Source: a virus (Duplodnaviria; Caudoviricetes). From it: DNA of 64,000 nucleotides. Under the pieces are notes generated by a model that made no database searches, had not been told where the DNA came from, and saw only the letters and a program-made list of their open reading frames with translations. Shown one piece after another: positions 45,960 through 55,073 of the stretch (positions within the stretch are counted from its first letter, which is position 1; each line of letters begins with the position of its first letter). The translations under genes and the position numbers were made by a program. Location: IMG/VR virus record IMGVR_UViG_3300032280_000442, positions 32,001 to 96,000 of that record. The stretch is one strand, 5' to 3'.

Positions 45960-46697
45960 TTAGTGATTTAATAATATCTCAACCAACTCCTCAATTATTT
46001 GTACCGGTAAACTTTCATACTTAGCATAATAGTCCCTTAAATGACTACTAAACTCAGTTTCATATATACTAATGTCTACACTTGTTCGACCTAACCATTC
46101 TATTTGATGTTCCTCCCCATCTTCATCACTATAATGAAGTGGGTCTTCATTTATCTCGTGTAAACCAACACCACTACCATCATCACTTAATTCTCTAACT
46201 TTCTCTTTGATAAAATTAACCTTATCAATAACTTTTAAGTATGGCTCAATTTTATAGTAATTCCCAAAATACTTAATGGCGTCAGAAACACCCAAAGTTT
46301 TAATCATATCAGAAATACTATTATCTTTATCCTCTTTTATAATATCATCACAACTCTTTACGTGTTTGGTAAACATCTCTAATTTCTGTCCGGTGTAGTT
46401 ATATATTAAATCCCACGCTTCATTCATTAAATCATCAAACATACGTCTTACTGATTGTGTCGCTGGCCAATTATCACTCCCATACCCACCAATTAAATAA
46501 AAATCAACCCTGTAGTTATTGTAGGGATATTCCTGATGCGGTAGTTTGGTTCTATTGTCAGGATGTTTAACCTCAACCTTACAAACAACGTCTTTGTGGT
46601 CTTTAACAAACCCATCTAATAATGTTTGAATTACCGAAGTTAAATCTTTTTTAGATTCTTCTACTAATATACTCTTTATGGTTCCTATTAATTTCAT
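45960..46697 (-). CDS. leader-bearing two-domain protein
   Basis: MKLIGTIKSILVEE; second domain after DDIIKE resembles 44189..44668. Confidence 0.65.
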   Translation of the reverse strand: MKLIGTIKSILVEESKKDLTSVIQTLLDGFVKDHKDVVCKVEVKHPDNRTKLPHQEYPYNNYRVDFYLIGGYGSDNWPATQSVRRMFDDLMNEAWDLIYNYTGQKLEMFTKHVKSCDDIIKEDKDNSISDMIKTLGVSDAIKYFGNYYKIEPYLKVIDKVNFIKEKVRELSDDGSGVGLHEINEDPLHYSDEDGEEHQIEWLGRTSVDISIYETEFSSHLRDYYAKYESLPVQIIEELVEILLNH

Positions 46698-47470
46698 TAC
46701 TTATCTTCAGGTAATTTAGTATCTTTGATAAATTTCTTGTGTGAATCCTTATACGATTTTTGGGTTTCATCGTTCACATCTTTGGTGTATTGCCAATTCC
46801 AATACAAGTCATTGTTTGGTTTGAATCCATAAAACTTATGAACATCTTTCTGTATTTCAGTTACATTCTCACCGTTCCAATTCTGTCCAACACAAATGAA
46901 TCCGGTCTCAATATCTTTAACAAGATTTGATTCACCCAATGTTGTATGTCTGTTCTCAATCCAAGTCAATCTCTCAATTAAGTTTTGGTAGAACATATTG
47001 GTTTGTCCCCATCTTATGGAACTAAAGAATATAACTGCGTCAGATTCAAATAACTCTTTGGATATCTTCCATAACTCATCCTTTGGATTGTTATAACTTG
47101 CCCAACATCTATGGTCTCCGGATGGATTCTTTTTCTTATCTTTGAGCATTGCTTTAAGTAACCCACAACTGTTACCGTCTTTTCTTGATACATTTCCTTC
47201 ACAAGGAACGATATTAAGTTCAGAGACATCAATAAGTACTGAAGTATCTTTTAACTCATCGTTAAGATACATTGCAATCATCTTTGATTTTGGTATGTCA
47301 AGGTTTTTTTCATCCCAATTATATCTATTGGAACAACTTAAGATTAGAACCTTTTTCTTTTCTTTAAGAATATCTAATGTTTTCTTAATTGATTTCCACG
47401 CATCTGATTGGACCATCTCTTCCGAAATCATCATTTCTCTTATTCTTTGTATATTTTCTTGTAAGTTCAT
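46697..47470 (-). CDS. MNLQE-leader flavodoxin-like (NADPH-dependent FMN reductase family) protein
   Basis: VLILSCSNR, IVPCEGNVS, ESDAVIFFSSIRWG, Q.LIERL. Confidence 0.7.
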   Translation of the reverse strand: MNLQENIQRIREMMISEEMVQSDAWKSIKKTLDILKEKKKVLILSCSNRYNWDEKNLDIPKSKMIAMYLNDELKDTSVLIDVSELNIVPCEGNVSRKDGNSCGLLKAMLKDKKKNPSGDHRCWASYNNPKDELWKISKELFESDAVIFFSSIRWGQTNMFYQNLIERLTWIENRHTTLGESNLVKDIETGFICVGQNWNGENVTEIQKDVHKFYGFKPNNDLYWNWQYTKDVNDETQKSYKDSHKKFIKDTKLPEDK

Positions 47471-48069
47471 TATTTTGTTTTTTTAACACAATTAGGGTAT
47501 TTCTTACCAAACATTGTCTTCATACCTTTTTGAGTATATCCCGCCCAACATTTTTCCGTAAGTTCCTCCTCCTTCATTTCATTTTTTTTATGTTTACCAT
47601 CACAATGAGCTTTCTGACTAAATCCTTTTGGGTTATTACAGTTAATAGATTTTTTGTACTTTTCTGACCACTTTTCCGTAAACTCACCTTCTTTCATTTC
47701 TTGAGTTTTCTTTTTTGATTCTTCTTTTTTAGATTCAATATACTCAAATGCAGTTCTTAATCTTTTTTTAACTTCAGGGTCTTTTGCTCTTTCTAACGCA
47801 ACTCTCAATCTTTGATGTATAAGATTAATGATTTGTGATTGTCTGGCGTGTGATTTTGATTTGAAACTTTCTTTATTCAAAGTATCAACAATATCTTGTT
47901 TTGTTTTAAACTTAACGGAAACCGTATCATTTGGATTTTCATCGGTATATAACCTTCTATCCGAACCTTCAGGTTTTTTACCAGTCCCAACCTTTAGGTC
48001 ACTCTCATTAATCACTCTTTTAACTAATGAAATAAGTTCTGATTCTGTTAGTCTTATTATTTTTTTCAT
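47470..48069 (-). CDS. leader-bearing multi-module basic protein
   Basis: MKKIIRLTESEL..VINE; modules GKKP.GS.RRLYTDENP, KWSEKYKKSINCNNPKGFSQKAHC, KCW.GY..KG.K......PNCVK. Confidence 0.7.
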   Translation of the reverse strand: MKKIIRLTESELISLVKRVINESDLKVGTGKKPEGSDRRLYTDENPNDTVSVKFKTKQDIVDTLNKESFKSKSHARQSQIINLIHQRLRVALERAKDPEVKKRLRTAFEYIESKKEESKKKTQEMKEGEFTEKWSEKYKKSINCNNPKGFSQKAHCDGKHKKNEMKEEELTEKCWAGYTQKGMKTMFGKKYPNCVKKTK

Positions 48070-48070
48070 A

Positions 48071-48472
48071 TTACCTATTATATGGTCTAAACCTTGCTGG
48101 GTTTGCTTTTATTGCCGACTTTGGAAATCTTAATCCAACTCCCTGTTGTCTTGCATTTTTTAATGTTCTTGCGTATTCTGTTAATTCTTCACTATCAATA
48201 TTATCAATAGATTTTACTAATTTATGACATTTATCAGATACACCACCCTTTTCGTGGTCGGTTATGGATATTTTTACTTTATCATAATTTATTTCAATGT
48301 CCGGATGATGGTTTTGTGTTTCAGCAATTTTCGCAATTTTATTAACAAAATCAATAGCATCATTAAAATCTTTGAATTTGAAAGTTCTTTCTAATTTTTT
48401 ATTAGAATTAACCCAATTTTTTGATTCAAACATCATTTCTTTAATCCTTTGTATATCTTCTTGTAAGTTCAT
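48071..48472 (-). CDS. MNLQE-leader pterin-4-alpha-carbinolamine dehydratase
   Basis: LERTFKFKDF..A..FVNKIA..AE..NHHPDI.I.Y..V.I...DHE.GGVS. Confidence 0.85.
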   Translation of the reverse strand: MNLQEDIQRIKEMMFESKNWVNSNKKLERTFKFKDFNDAIDFVNKIAKIAETQNHHPDIEINYDKVKISITDHEKGGVSDKCHKLVKSIDNIDSEELTEYARTLKNARQQGVGLRFPKSAIKANPARFRPYNR

Positions 48473-48488
48473 AACTATAAATATATTG

Positions 48489-48520
48489 TTTGGTGGAATA
48501 GTTTTAATTTTGTATCTTTG
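48489..48520 (+). promoter_or_regulatory. Bacteroidota-type promoter TTTG-N20-TATCTTTG
   Basis: tttg 48489-48492; tatctttg 48513-48520; back-to-back with TATTTAT at 48477-48483. Confidence 0.75.
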
Positions 48521-48538
48521 CTTTCTAAATAATACACA

Positions 48539-48916
48539 ATGGAAGTAACTGACAACATCGTAGCAATTAATTTACCTAAAATTAAAAAGTATATTAGAAA
48601 ACATCCTGTAACCGGAATGGTTGAAAGAGAAGAATGGTTTCAGTTTAATTATAGAGTAACCGGAGTTAAATATGAAGAGAGTAAATGGTCTTGGAATAGA
48701 GTTTTGTATGTAAATGTTGAAGTGTCAGATAAATATTGGATATTTAATTCTAACTTAAAAAAATCCGAATGGCGTTATCGTAAATATATGTGGTCATCAG
48801 TAAGAAGAAACCAATATATTAGAGGTTATGTGAGAGACGAAGTTAAACAATTTTTTGATATCTTCTCAATTCCTTGCAGAGTAGAAATTAAAACAATTAA
48901 AATGAAACAGGAATAA
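48539..48916 (+). CDS. hypothetical protein
   Basis: downstream of host-type promoter. Confidence 0.6.
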   Translation: MEVTDNIVAINLPKIKKYIRKHPVTGMVEREEWFQFNYRVTGVKYEESKWSWNRVLYVNVEVSDKYWIFNSNLKKSEWRYRKYMWSSVRRNQYIRGYVRDEVKQFFDIFSIPCRVEIKTIKMKQE

Positions 48917-48933
48917 TTTAATATGTTTGAACT

Positions 48934-49230
48934 ATGAAAACAATAAAATTAACGAAGAAGGAATATAATAAATTAATTAAATCCGTAGTAGAGAAAACCG
49001 CTCAGGACATTCTAGCTATGATTGGTGAATCCACCACAATTATCTATAAAGATAAACCTATGGAAGTTGTTAAAACACCAATCAACGTTCCGAACTCTCC
49101 ACTTAAACCTATGGATAAGAAACAAGAGATGATTGAGTCGTTGGAATATCTTAAGAAAAAATCTGTAAAATCTAAACAGGATAAAATATCAATTGAGATG
49201 TTGGAAGCCGTGTTAAGAAATATGAAGTAA
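48934..49230 (+). CDS. hypothetical protein
   Basis: ORF track. Confidence 0.55.
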   Translation: MKTIKLTKKEYNKLIKSVVEKTAQDILAMIGESTTIIYKDKPMEVVKTPINVPNSPLKPMDKKQEMIESLEYLKKKSVKSKQDKISIEMLEAVLRNMK

Positions 49231-49371
49231 TTACCTTTTGTGGTAGGATAGACCCCATAAATTGGGGTTTATCTTGTGGTGATTGATAATATATTTCATT
49301 CCCCATTCACTACGCATTGTGTAGTGTTGTGCAAACAGAATATAATAAAAAATGTCCGTTATTACGGACAT

Positions 49372-49701
49372 TTAATCATAATCACCAATTAAATTAACTT
49401 CTTCAGGTTCTATTCTTAATCTATCTTTAAACCACCAACTAATAATACTCTCAAGTTCTTCATCACTAAATGAGAACAATCTTAGTGGTTCCCACATACC
49501 TTTATTAACTTCCAATAAATCATATTTTTCTGACCACCACATCAAAATGTTATCACTTTCATCTCTGAATATTATTTGTTGATTACTAAATACAGAATCT
49601 TTATTTAAATCAATATACTCACGAGTTAATTTACTCAAGATATCGTCTAATATCTTGTAGGATAATTGGTATCTTTTATTTTCTGTTATTAATATTTTCA
49701 T
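49372..49701 (-). CDS. leader-bearing W(F/V) family protein
   Basis: MKILITENKR; ISWWFKDRL. Confidence 0.7.
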   Translation of the reverse strand: MKILITENKRYQLSYKILDDILSKLTREYIDLNKDSVFSNQQIIFRDESDNILMWWSEKYDLLEVNKGMWEPLRLFSFSDEELESIISWWFKDRLRIEPEEVNLIGDYD

Positions 49702-50027
49702 AACTCATTATCTATCCACAGCTCAGAATATCTCACTATTTTATCAGTTAATTCCTCATAACATATCCCTATCATTTCCTCAAATTCTTCTTTAGATGAA
49801 ACAAAAGTTCTTAAACTCATAAAGTAATCCGGATATATAATTAATTGACCATTACTTGGTCTATATAACAATCCTGTAACCGCATTATCATCATATACCT
49901 CATCATAGTAGATATAAATAATACTTGTACCACCACCCATTCTTGTTGGAGTTAATTTATTAAACAGGGTTTTAAACTCTGTTCTAAATAACATATCTCT
50001 TTTATTTTCTGTGATTACAATTCTCAT
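49698..50027 (-). CDS. leader-bearing protein, divergent family member
   Basis: MRIVITENKR. Confidence 0.7.
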   Translation of the reverse strand: MRIVITENKRDMLFRTEFKTLFNKLTPTRMGGGTSIIYIYYDEVYDDNAVTGLLYRPSNGQLIIYPDYFMSLRTFVSSKEEFEEMIGICYEELTDKIVRYSELWIDNEL

Positions 50028-50029
50028 AC

Positions 50030-50329
50030 TTACATCATTTTATATTCAATACCCCAATGTGAACCTGACATATCAATATCTAAACCAAACATACGATTAA
50101 CATCAGCTCTAATTTCTCTTAATGTACGTGTTGGACTATTCTGCATCTCACCACCTTTAAACCCAACATTAATGATGTTTCTATTTATTGTTCTTCGCTC
50201 ACTTTTATCACCACTTGCTAAATAAACATCCTTTGTTGTAAATGTTACATTTTTAACTACATCATAACCATTGAGGATATAGTCCTCAATTAACTTATTA
50301 TACTTACTTTCTGTTATTAATACTTTCAT
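50030..50329 (-). CDS. leader-bearing protein
   Basis: MKVLITESKY. Confidence 0.7.
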   Translation of the reverse strand: MKVLITESKYNKLIEDYILNGYDVVKNVTFTTKDVYLASGDKSERRTINRNIINVGFKGGEMQNSPTRTLREIRADVNRMFGLDIDMSGSHWGIEYKMM

Positions 50330-50721
50330 TATATGTAATCTGTTGTAAATTGAGTAACTTCTAATCCGGTATTATCTTCAAACCATTTTTTGAATATTGG
50401 TTTCCATATGTCACCAAAAGTAGAATCTAATCTTTTAGCGACAACAGGATAAACAGATAGTAAAGGACATTTATAATTGTGTAGATAACCGTAACCTGCA
50501 AAAAATTCATCTTCCGGACCAGCGTTTGCATTACATCCATAATAAATGTAAGATTCTTGGTCATCAACAAAGAAAACAATATCACCCCACTTATCAACCT
50601 CATCTTGATAACCAATATCTGATTTACTATTACCTTTCCACCCATAATCAGGATAATATAAATCATCCAAATAATCGATAACGACTTTCTCTAATCTACT
50701 CTCAGTTATTACTACTTTCAT
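50329..50721 (-). CDS. leader-bearing W(F/V) family protein
   Basis: MKVVITESRL; FGDIWKPIFKKWFEDNTGLEV, close to 26021..26413. Confidence 0.7.
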   Translation of the reverse strand: MKVVITESRLEKVVIDYLDDLYYPDYGWKGNSKSDIGYQDEVDKWGDIVFFVDDQESYIYYGCNANAGPEDEFFAGYGYLHNYKCPLLSVYPVVAKRLDSTFGDIWKPIFKKWFEDNTGLEVTQFTTDYI

Positions 50722-51323
50722 TAGTTTCCTATTCCGTTATTTCGTGAGTTATAAACACTTCTGTATTTACTTTTTAGTTCATTATCAGGTAACTTTTCTA
50801 AATCATTTCTTTTATGTAATGTTTGGTTATCTAAATAATCAATCATTTCATCTCTACTTATATTATCAACGTCAATCATCTGATAACATTTACGCCAATT
50901 GTCAAAAGTTAGTGTTTCATCAATTTCTAATTCAGGATGACCCGTTTCTTGACCAAACTTGGTTGTGTATTTATCATCATACCATTCGGTAATTATATTA
51001 AGTATAAACGCCTTTCTAACCTGTAATATTTTAGCTAAAAACTCAACTTCTTTCTCATCAACATATAAATCACCAGCAAAAAACTTTTCTTCATCACTAT
51101 CCTCATCATTAAAAAAATATTTTGCCTCCATAACAATATTGTTACCTTTACACCACTCTTCACTATAATTTCCATAATTATCTTCAGGTGGTGGGATGAC
51201 TCTTTTTGAATCGGAGATTAAACTCTCCATATGTTTAATAATAACACGTTCTAAGTTCGGATTAGATTTTTGAAATTTCTTTTGAACTTCCTCTCGTAAT
51301 ATCTTTTTAATTAATTCTTTCAT
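50721..51323 (-). CDS. MKELIKK-leader protein
   Basis: MKELIKKILREE. Confidence 0.7.
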   Translation of the reverse strand: MKELIKKILREEVQKKFQKSNPNLERVIIKHMESLISDSKRVIPPPEDNYGNYSEEWCKGNNIVMEAKYFFNDEDSDEEKFFAGDLYVDEKEVEFLAKILQVRKAFILNIITEWYDDKYTTKFGQETGHPELEIDETLTFDNWRKCYQMIDVDNISRDEMIDYLDNQTLHKRNDLEKLPDNELKSKYRSVYNSRNNGIGN

Positions 51324-51670
51324 TATTTACCACTCTTAATTATTAATTCACCAAGAACTTCAATTAACCCAACCAATTTTTGGAACTGTTCCTGTCCCAT
51401 ATTAACATCTTCGGATAAACCACATAGTTTATCAAGGTGTTCTTTAAATTCGACTTTAGATTCTTTGATATCAAACTTTCCTTCGGAAGCTTTCTTGTAG
51501 TAAGGTAATTTTACAACAAAATGGTAATATGTTAACATTGACGCACCACCTTTTTCTTTTGCATTCTCAGTAATCTTTGATGCACCATCAAATCTTTTTT
51601 GAGCAAACTCTTCAAACTTAGTTTGTTTTTCCTCTTCTTCTCTTAACAATTTTTTAATTAACTCTTTCAT
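51323..51670 (-). CDS. MKELIKK-leader protein
   Basis: MKELIKKLLREE. Confidence 0.7.
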   Translation of the reverse strand: MKELIKKLLREEEEKQTKFEEFAQKRFDGASKITENAKEKGGASMLTYYHFVVKLPYYKKASEGKFDIKESKVEFKEHLDKLCGLSEDVNMGQEQFQKLVGLIEVLGELIIKSGK

Positions 51671-52182
51671 ATCATAAATTCACCTAATTTTATTTTTTCA
51701 ATTATCTGTTTAAATATTTGTTGTCTATATTTTTTTCCCAACGTATTTCTTTGTGTTAAAAACCCATAACCAAACCCGGAATCCCCTGACATCCCAACAA
51801 CTTTCCAACTAATAGGTAACCCATATGTATTACTAAGTTTAAATAAACGAGCATTAAAAGAATATCGTAAACTATTTTTATTACCAAACGAAAATTTCCC
51901 TAATTCTTTTTCTTTAGAATTCACATCTTTTAAATTTAATAGTTGAACTAATAAATCATCTAAAATCAGATTGTTACCATCGTTAGCAAATCTAACTAAT
52001 TGAATTCCCTCATTTTCCGCATATTTTTTAAGGTCACCACCATACATTATATTAACATAATTTTTCATCCCACCAACAAAATTAGCCGCTTGACCAATCC
52101 CAACAGAATTACTTAAATCTCGTAACTTTTGTTGATTTGAAGTCAATTCTTCTCTCAATACTTTTTTTATTAACTCTTTCAT
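51667..52182 (-). CDS. MKELIKK-leader protein
   Basis: MKELIKKVLREE. Confidence 0.7.
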   Translation of the reverse strand: MKELIKKVLREELTSNQQKLRDLSNSVGIGQAANFVGGMKNYVNIMYGGDLKKYAENEGIQLVRFANDGNNLILDDLLVQLLNLKDVNSKEKELGKFSFGNKNSLRYSFNARLFKLSNTYGLPISWKVVGMSGDSGFGYGFLTQRNTLGKKYRQQIFKQIIEKIKLGEFMI

Positions 52183-52183
52183 C

Positions 52184-52513
52184 TTAATTTAACACTTCTT
52201 TATTTACGTGTTGAACAATCTTAACCGGTAACTCAAAAAATTCTGAGAACCACTCACCAACAACATCTTTAACTTGTTTTGGTGTATAACTTAACATTTT
52301 AATCGGACGAATAACATCTTCACAGATATATAACGATTCCGCACCACTACCATAAATCATAACAACACCTTCACCATTACGATATTCAATACGCATCTTT
52401 TCCCCCATTGAATCAGTGTAATAATTTACATCCTCATACATACCGGAGAACTCATCGGTCAATAACTGTTTGGCTAATCTGTCTCGTTTATCTTCCTTAA
52501 TCACAATCTTCAT
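52184..52513 (-). CDS. leader-bearing W(F/V) family protein
   Basis: start moved to MKIVIKEDKR with TATTTAT-N4; VGEWFSEFFELPV. Confidence 0.7.
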   Translation of the reverse strand: MKIVIKEDKRDRLAKQLLTDEFSGMYEDVNYYTDSMGEKMRIEYRNGEGVVMIYGSGAESLYICEDVIRPIKMLSYTPKQVKDVVGEWFSEFFELPVKIVQHVNKEVLN

Positions 52514-52547
52514 AATAATAAATATCTTATAAATTAAAAACCCCCAA

Positions 52548-53066
52548 TTAATCTTGGGGGTCATCTAAATATTCGTCTTCATACTTTCTAATCGAAACAG
52601 GTTTATCATATTCACCAATGGTTTCTAATTTATTTTTTAACACATCAATCTCCTTTTGAGTATATACCGGAGCAAAAGATGGTCTTAAATGGAATGGGAC
52701 ATTATCTCTATCCTCCCACTTTTTTAGTTCTTGTTCCGTAGATTTAATCAAATCCATTAAACTTTTGGATTCTTTCCATTTATCATAATCCTCAACAGAT
52801 TTAATATAATTAACCTCACCATAGTTACTAATCTTAGCATCCGGATTGGTTGTATATACATCCACGATACCATCGTAACCATCGTACTCAATACACAAAT
52901 CATTAACAGAAAGTTCGTTGGTTAATACATTCTTCCATCTATTACCGTACGACCTAATTTCACAAATATAAATGAATCCATCATTCATATCGTGTAAGTA
53001 ATGACCTATGCTGTTTTGAAGTTCTCTTAATTCTTCTACCGAGTATTTTGTAAAATCCATTTCCAT
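52548..53066 (-). CDS. hypothetical protein
   Basis: TACTTTTG-N4-ATG. Confidence 0.6.
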   Translation of the reverse strand: MEMDFTKYSVEELRELQNSIGHYLHDMNDGFIYICEIRSYGNRWKNVLTNELSVNDLCIEYDGYDGIVDVYTTNPDAKISNYGEVNYIKSVEDYDKWKESKSLMDLIKSTEQELKKWEDRDNVPFHLRPSFAPVYTQKEIDVLKNKLETIGEYDKPVSIRKYEDEYLDDPQD

Positions 53067-53117
53067 TTGACAAAAGTAAGCATAAAAAAAGGAAGTAACA
53101 AATACCTCCTTAATTTT

Positions 53118-54698
53118 TTATTTCTTTTTTTGTATAGCCTCATTCAGTGTCTTGAGAACCTTATTGACCGATTCTTGGACTGCATTAGGTTGGGGTAAAT
53201 TATTCACAGCACAATATTGAGCAACCGGTAATTGAATATTAACATTAAATATTCTACTTAACGCTGATTCAAGTTTAGTAATACCTCCGGTATCACAACC
53301 ATATACTTTAAGTACTTTTTCAATAAATCTTTGAGGGTCTTTTCTTATATTTTGAATAATAGCAGGATTAATATTTTGACCCCTCTTACCAAATAGTCCT
53401 TTAATACCACCTTCTCTACCTACATCAGAAGTTTTTGATTTTAAAACAAATAATTCTTTACGTTTAATATCACCGTAATGTTTTAATTTTTTAATTAATA
53501 ATTCATCATCATCGGTTCTTCTAGGTCTTTCAGATAAAGTATACAAATCCCTTTTAATCGCCTCATTAATTTTTTCTAATTTTAATATTGGGTCTATTGT
53601 TATTTTTCTATTATTATTGTCTCTCAAAACAATTTGTTCAAAATGATAACTTACTTCACCATTTAAATATTTTCTAAAGATATTAGCAACGTGAGTTTCT
53701 TCACCATTAACTGTTTTCCAAATTCTTAACGACAATGTTGGTTCATTAATAAAATTTGTTGGTATTGCAGTTTTTTCTGAATCATATTTATGTCGATTTG
53801 CTTTAACATATTGAGGAAATTGAATCTTAATCATTATAGGATTAATCCCTCCTAAATTTTTAACAATAATAGCATTTTTATTAAAACCAAAATTTTTAAC
53901 ATTAGACACCATATGGTTAATTATATCGTTTTTGGTATATTGATAAACAAGTATTTCATTAAGAGTTGCATAATTTGAAAACATAAAATAATCTATTGGA
54001 CCAAAAGTATTAACTCTATTTAATAATTCTGACACAAAATCATAACCTATATTATTTTCTTTAAAAGCGTCATCAGTTAATAACATATTAAACACTTTAT
54101 TTATATTACCTCCACTGATAGTTGTAATATTATTCTGTAATAATATTTCCCTAACACCTGTTTGGTCTTCTTTAAATTGAGCTTGAGCTCCTTGAACAAC
54201 ACCTCCTAAAGTTTGACTCTTATTTCGGTCAAATTTTTCAGCAAACTTAATTGAAATACTATCATTACCAATTACCGCCTCAGTTGCCGGGTCTTTTACT
54301 TCAACATCAACATCACTTTTATTAGCAGTTCCTTCGGCATTCACCACAGTACCACCAAAAATACCACCAATTAACCCTTCAAAACTTTTACCTCTACTAG
54401 TAACTGAATCCGGAGATTCAATAACATCCATATACCATTGAACAAATCTTTGTTGGGATTCAACTTTATTTACCACTTTTTTATCAACACCCGGCAATTT
54501 TATAGTAGCCGCTTGACCTACCTGAAGAAAATCAATATTATAACTCTTCAAAGCCAATTTCATCGCCTCACAAGTTGCTGTTGGAGAAGTATTAAATGGA
54601 GCTATTTTAGAAATAGCTAATGAATAATCTGATTCAATGTCTTCAGACAACATTAACCTACTATATTGTGATTCACTTATGTGTATATTAAATTTCAT
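53118..54698 (-). CDS. leader-bearing large protein, PD-(D/E)xK-like N-terminal region
   Basis: MKFNIHISESQY..LSE; RGKSFEGLI...G.....D.....SISIKF. Confidence 0.55.
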   Translation of the reverse strand: MKFNIHISESQYSRLMLSEDIESDYSLAISKIAPFNTSPTATCEAMKLALKSYNIDFLQVGQAATIKLPGVDKKVVNKVESQQRFVQWYMDVIESPDSVTSRGKSFEGLIGGIFGGTVVNAEGTANKSDVDVEVKDPATEAVIGNDSISIKFAEKFDRNKSQTLGGVVQGAQAQFKEDQTGVREILLQNNITTISGGNINKVFNMLLTDDAFKENNIGYDFVSELLNRVNTFGPIDYFMFSNYATLNEILVYQYTKNDIINHMVSNVKNFGFNKNAIIVKNLGGINPIMIKIQFPQYVKANRHKYDSEKTAIPTNFINEPTLSLRIWKTVNGEETHVANIFRKYLNGEVSYHFEQIVLRDNNNRKITIDPILKLEKINEAIKRDLYTLSERPRRTDDDELLIKKLKHYGDIKRKELFVLKSKTSDVGREGGIKGLFGKRGQNINPAIIQNIRKDPQRFIEKVLKVYGCDTGGITKLESALSRIFNVNIQLPVAQYCAVNNLPQPNAVQESVNKVLKTLNEAIQKKK

Positions 54699-54701
54699 TA
54701 T

Positions 54702-55073
54702 TTATTTTTTATTAAATTGTTCATTGTTCATATATTTTATGGTTTGTACTTCCCCATAATTTCTTTTTTTAAATCTATCAGTATACACGTTAAAAACTCG
54801 TTTAATGATATCATCTTTAATTAAATCATAAAACTTATGTGAACCAACAAATTTACTAATCAAATCATAAAACTTCTCATCATTTACCACCGCTAAATTA
54901 ATATCAGGGTAATATCTTGAAATAATATTTTGTCGGGTTCCAGGTGTAAGAAATTCTATATAACGTGTTTCTATACTTCTTGATTGAAAAGAATCATACT
55001 TGTCAACATCAAGACCATCAAAGACAATATCTTTCAATAAATTTAATCTATCCTCACTAATCTTAATTTCCAT
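54702..55073 (-). CDS. leader-bearing protein
   Basis: MEIKISEDRL; TATTTAT-N4. Confidence 0.65.
   Translation of the reverse strand: MEIKISEDRLNLLKDIVFDGLDVDKYDSFQSRSIETRYIEFLTPGTRQNIISRYYPDINLAVVNDEKFYDLISKFVGSHKFYDLIKDDIIKRVFNVYTDRFKKRNYGEVQTIKYMNNEQFNKK

Noticed and set aside
49231-49371. Structured RNA in the intergenic gap
   Set aside because: Only short hairpins, explainable as terminators or a tiny ORF; not enough support
26021-55073. Diversity-generating retroelement or integron as the source of the paralog/cassette arrays
   Set aside because: No reverse transcriptase, TR/VR pair, integrase or attC-like sites seen in this window
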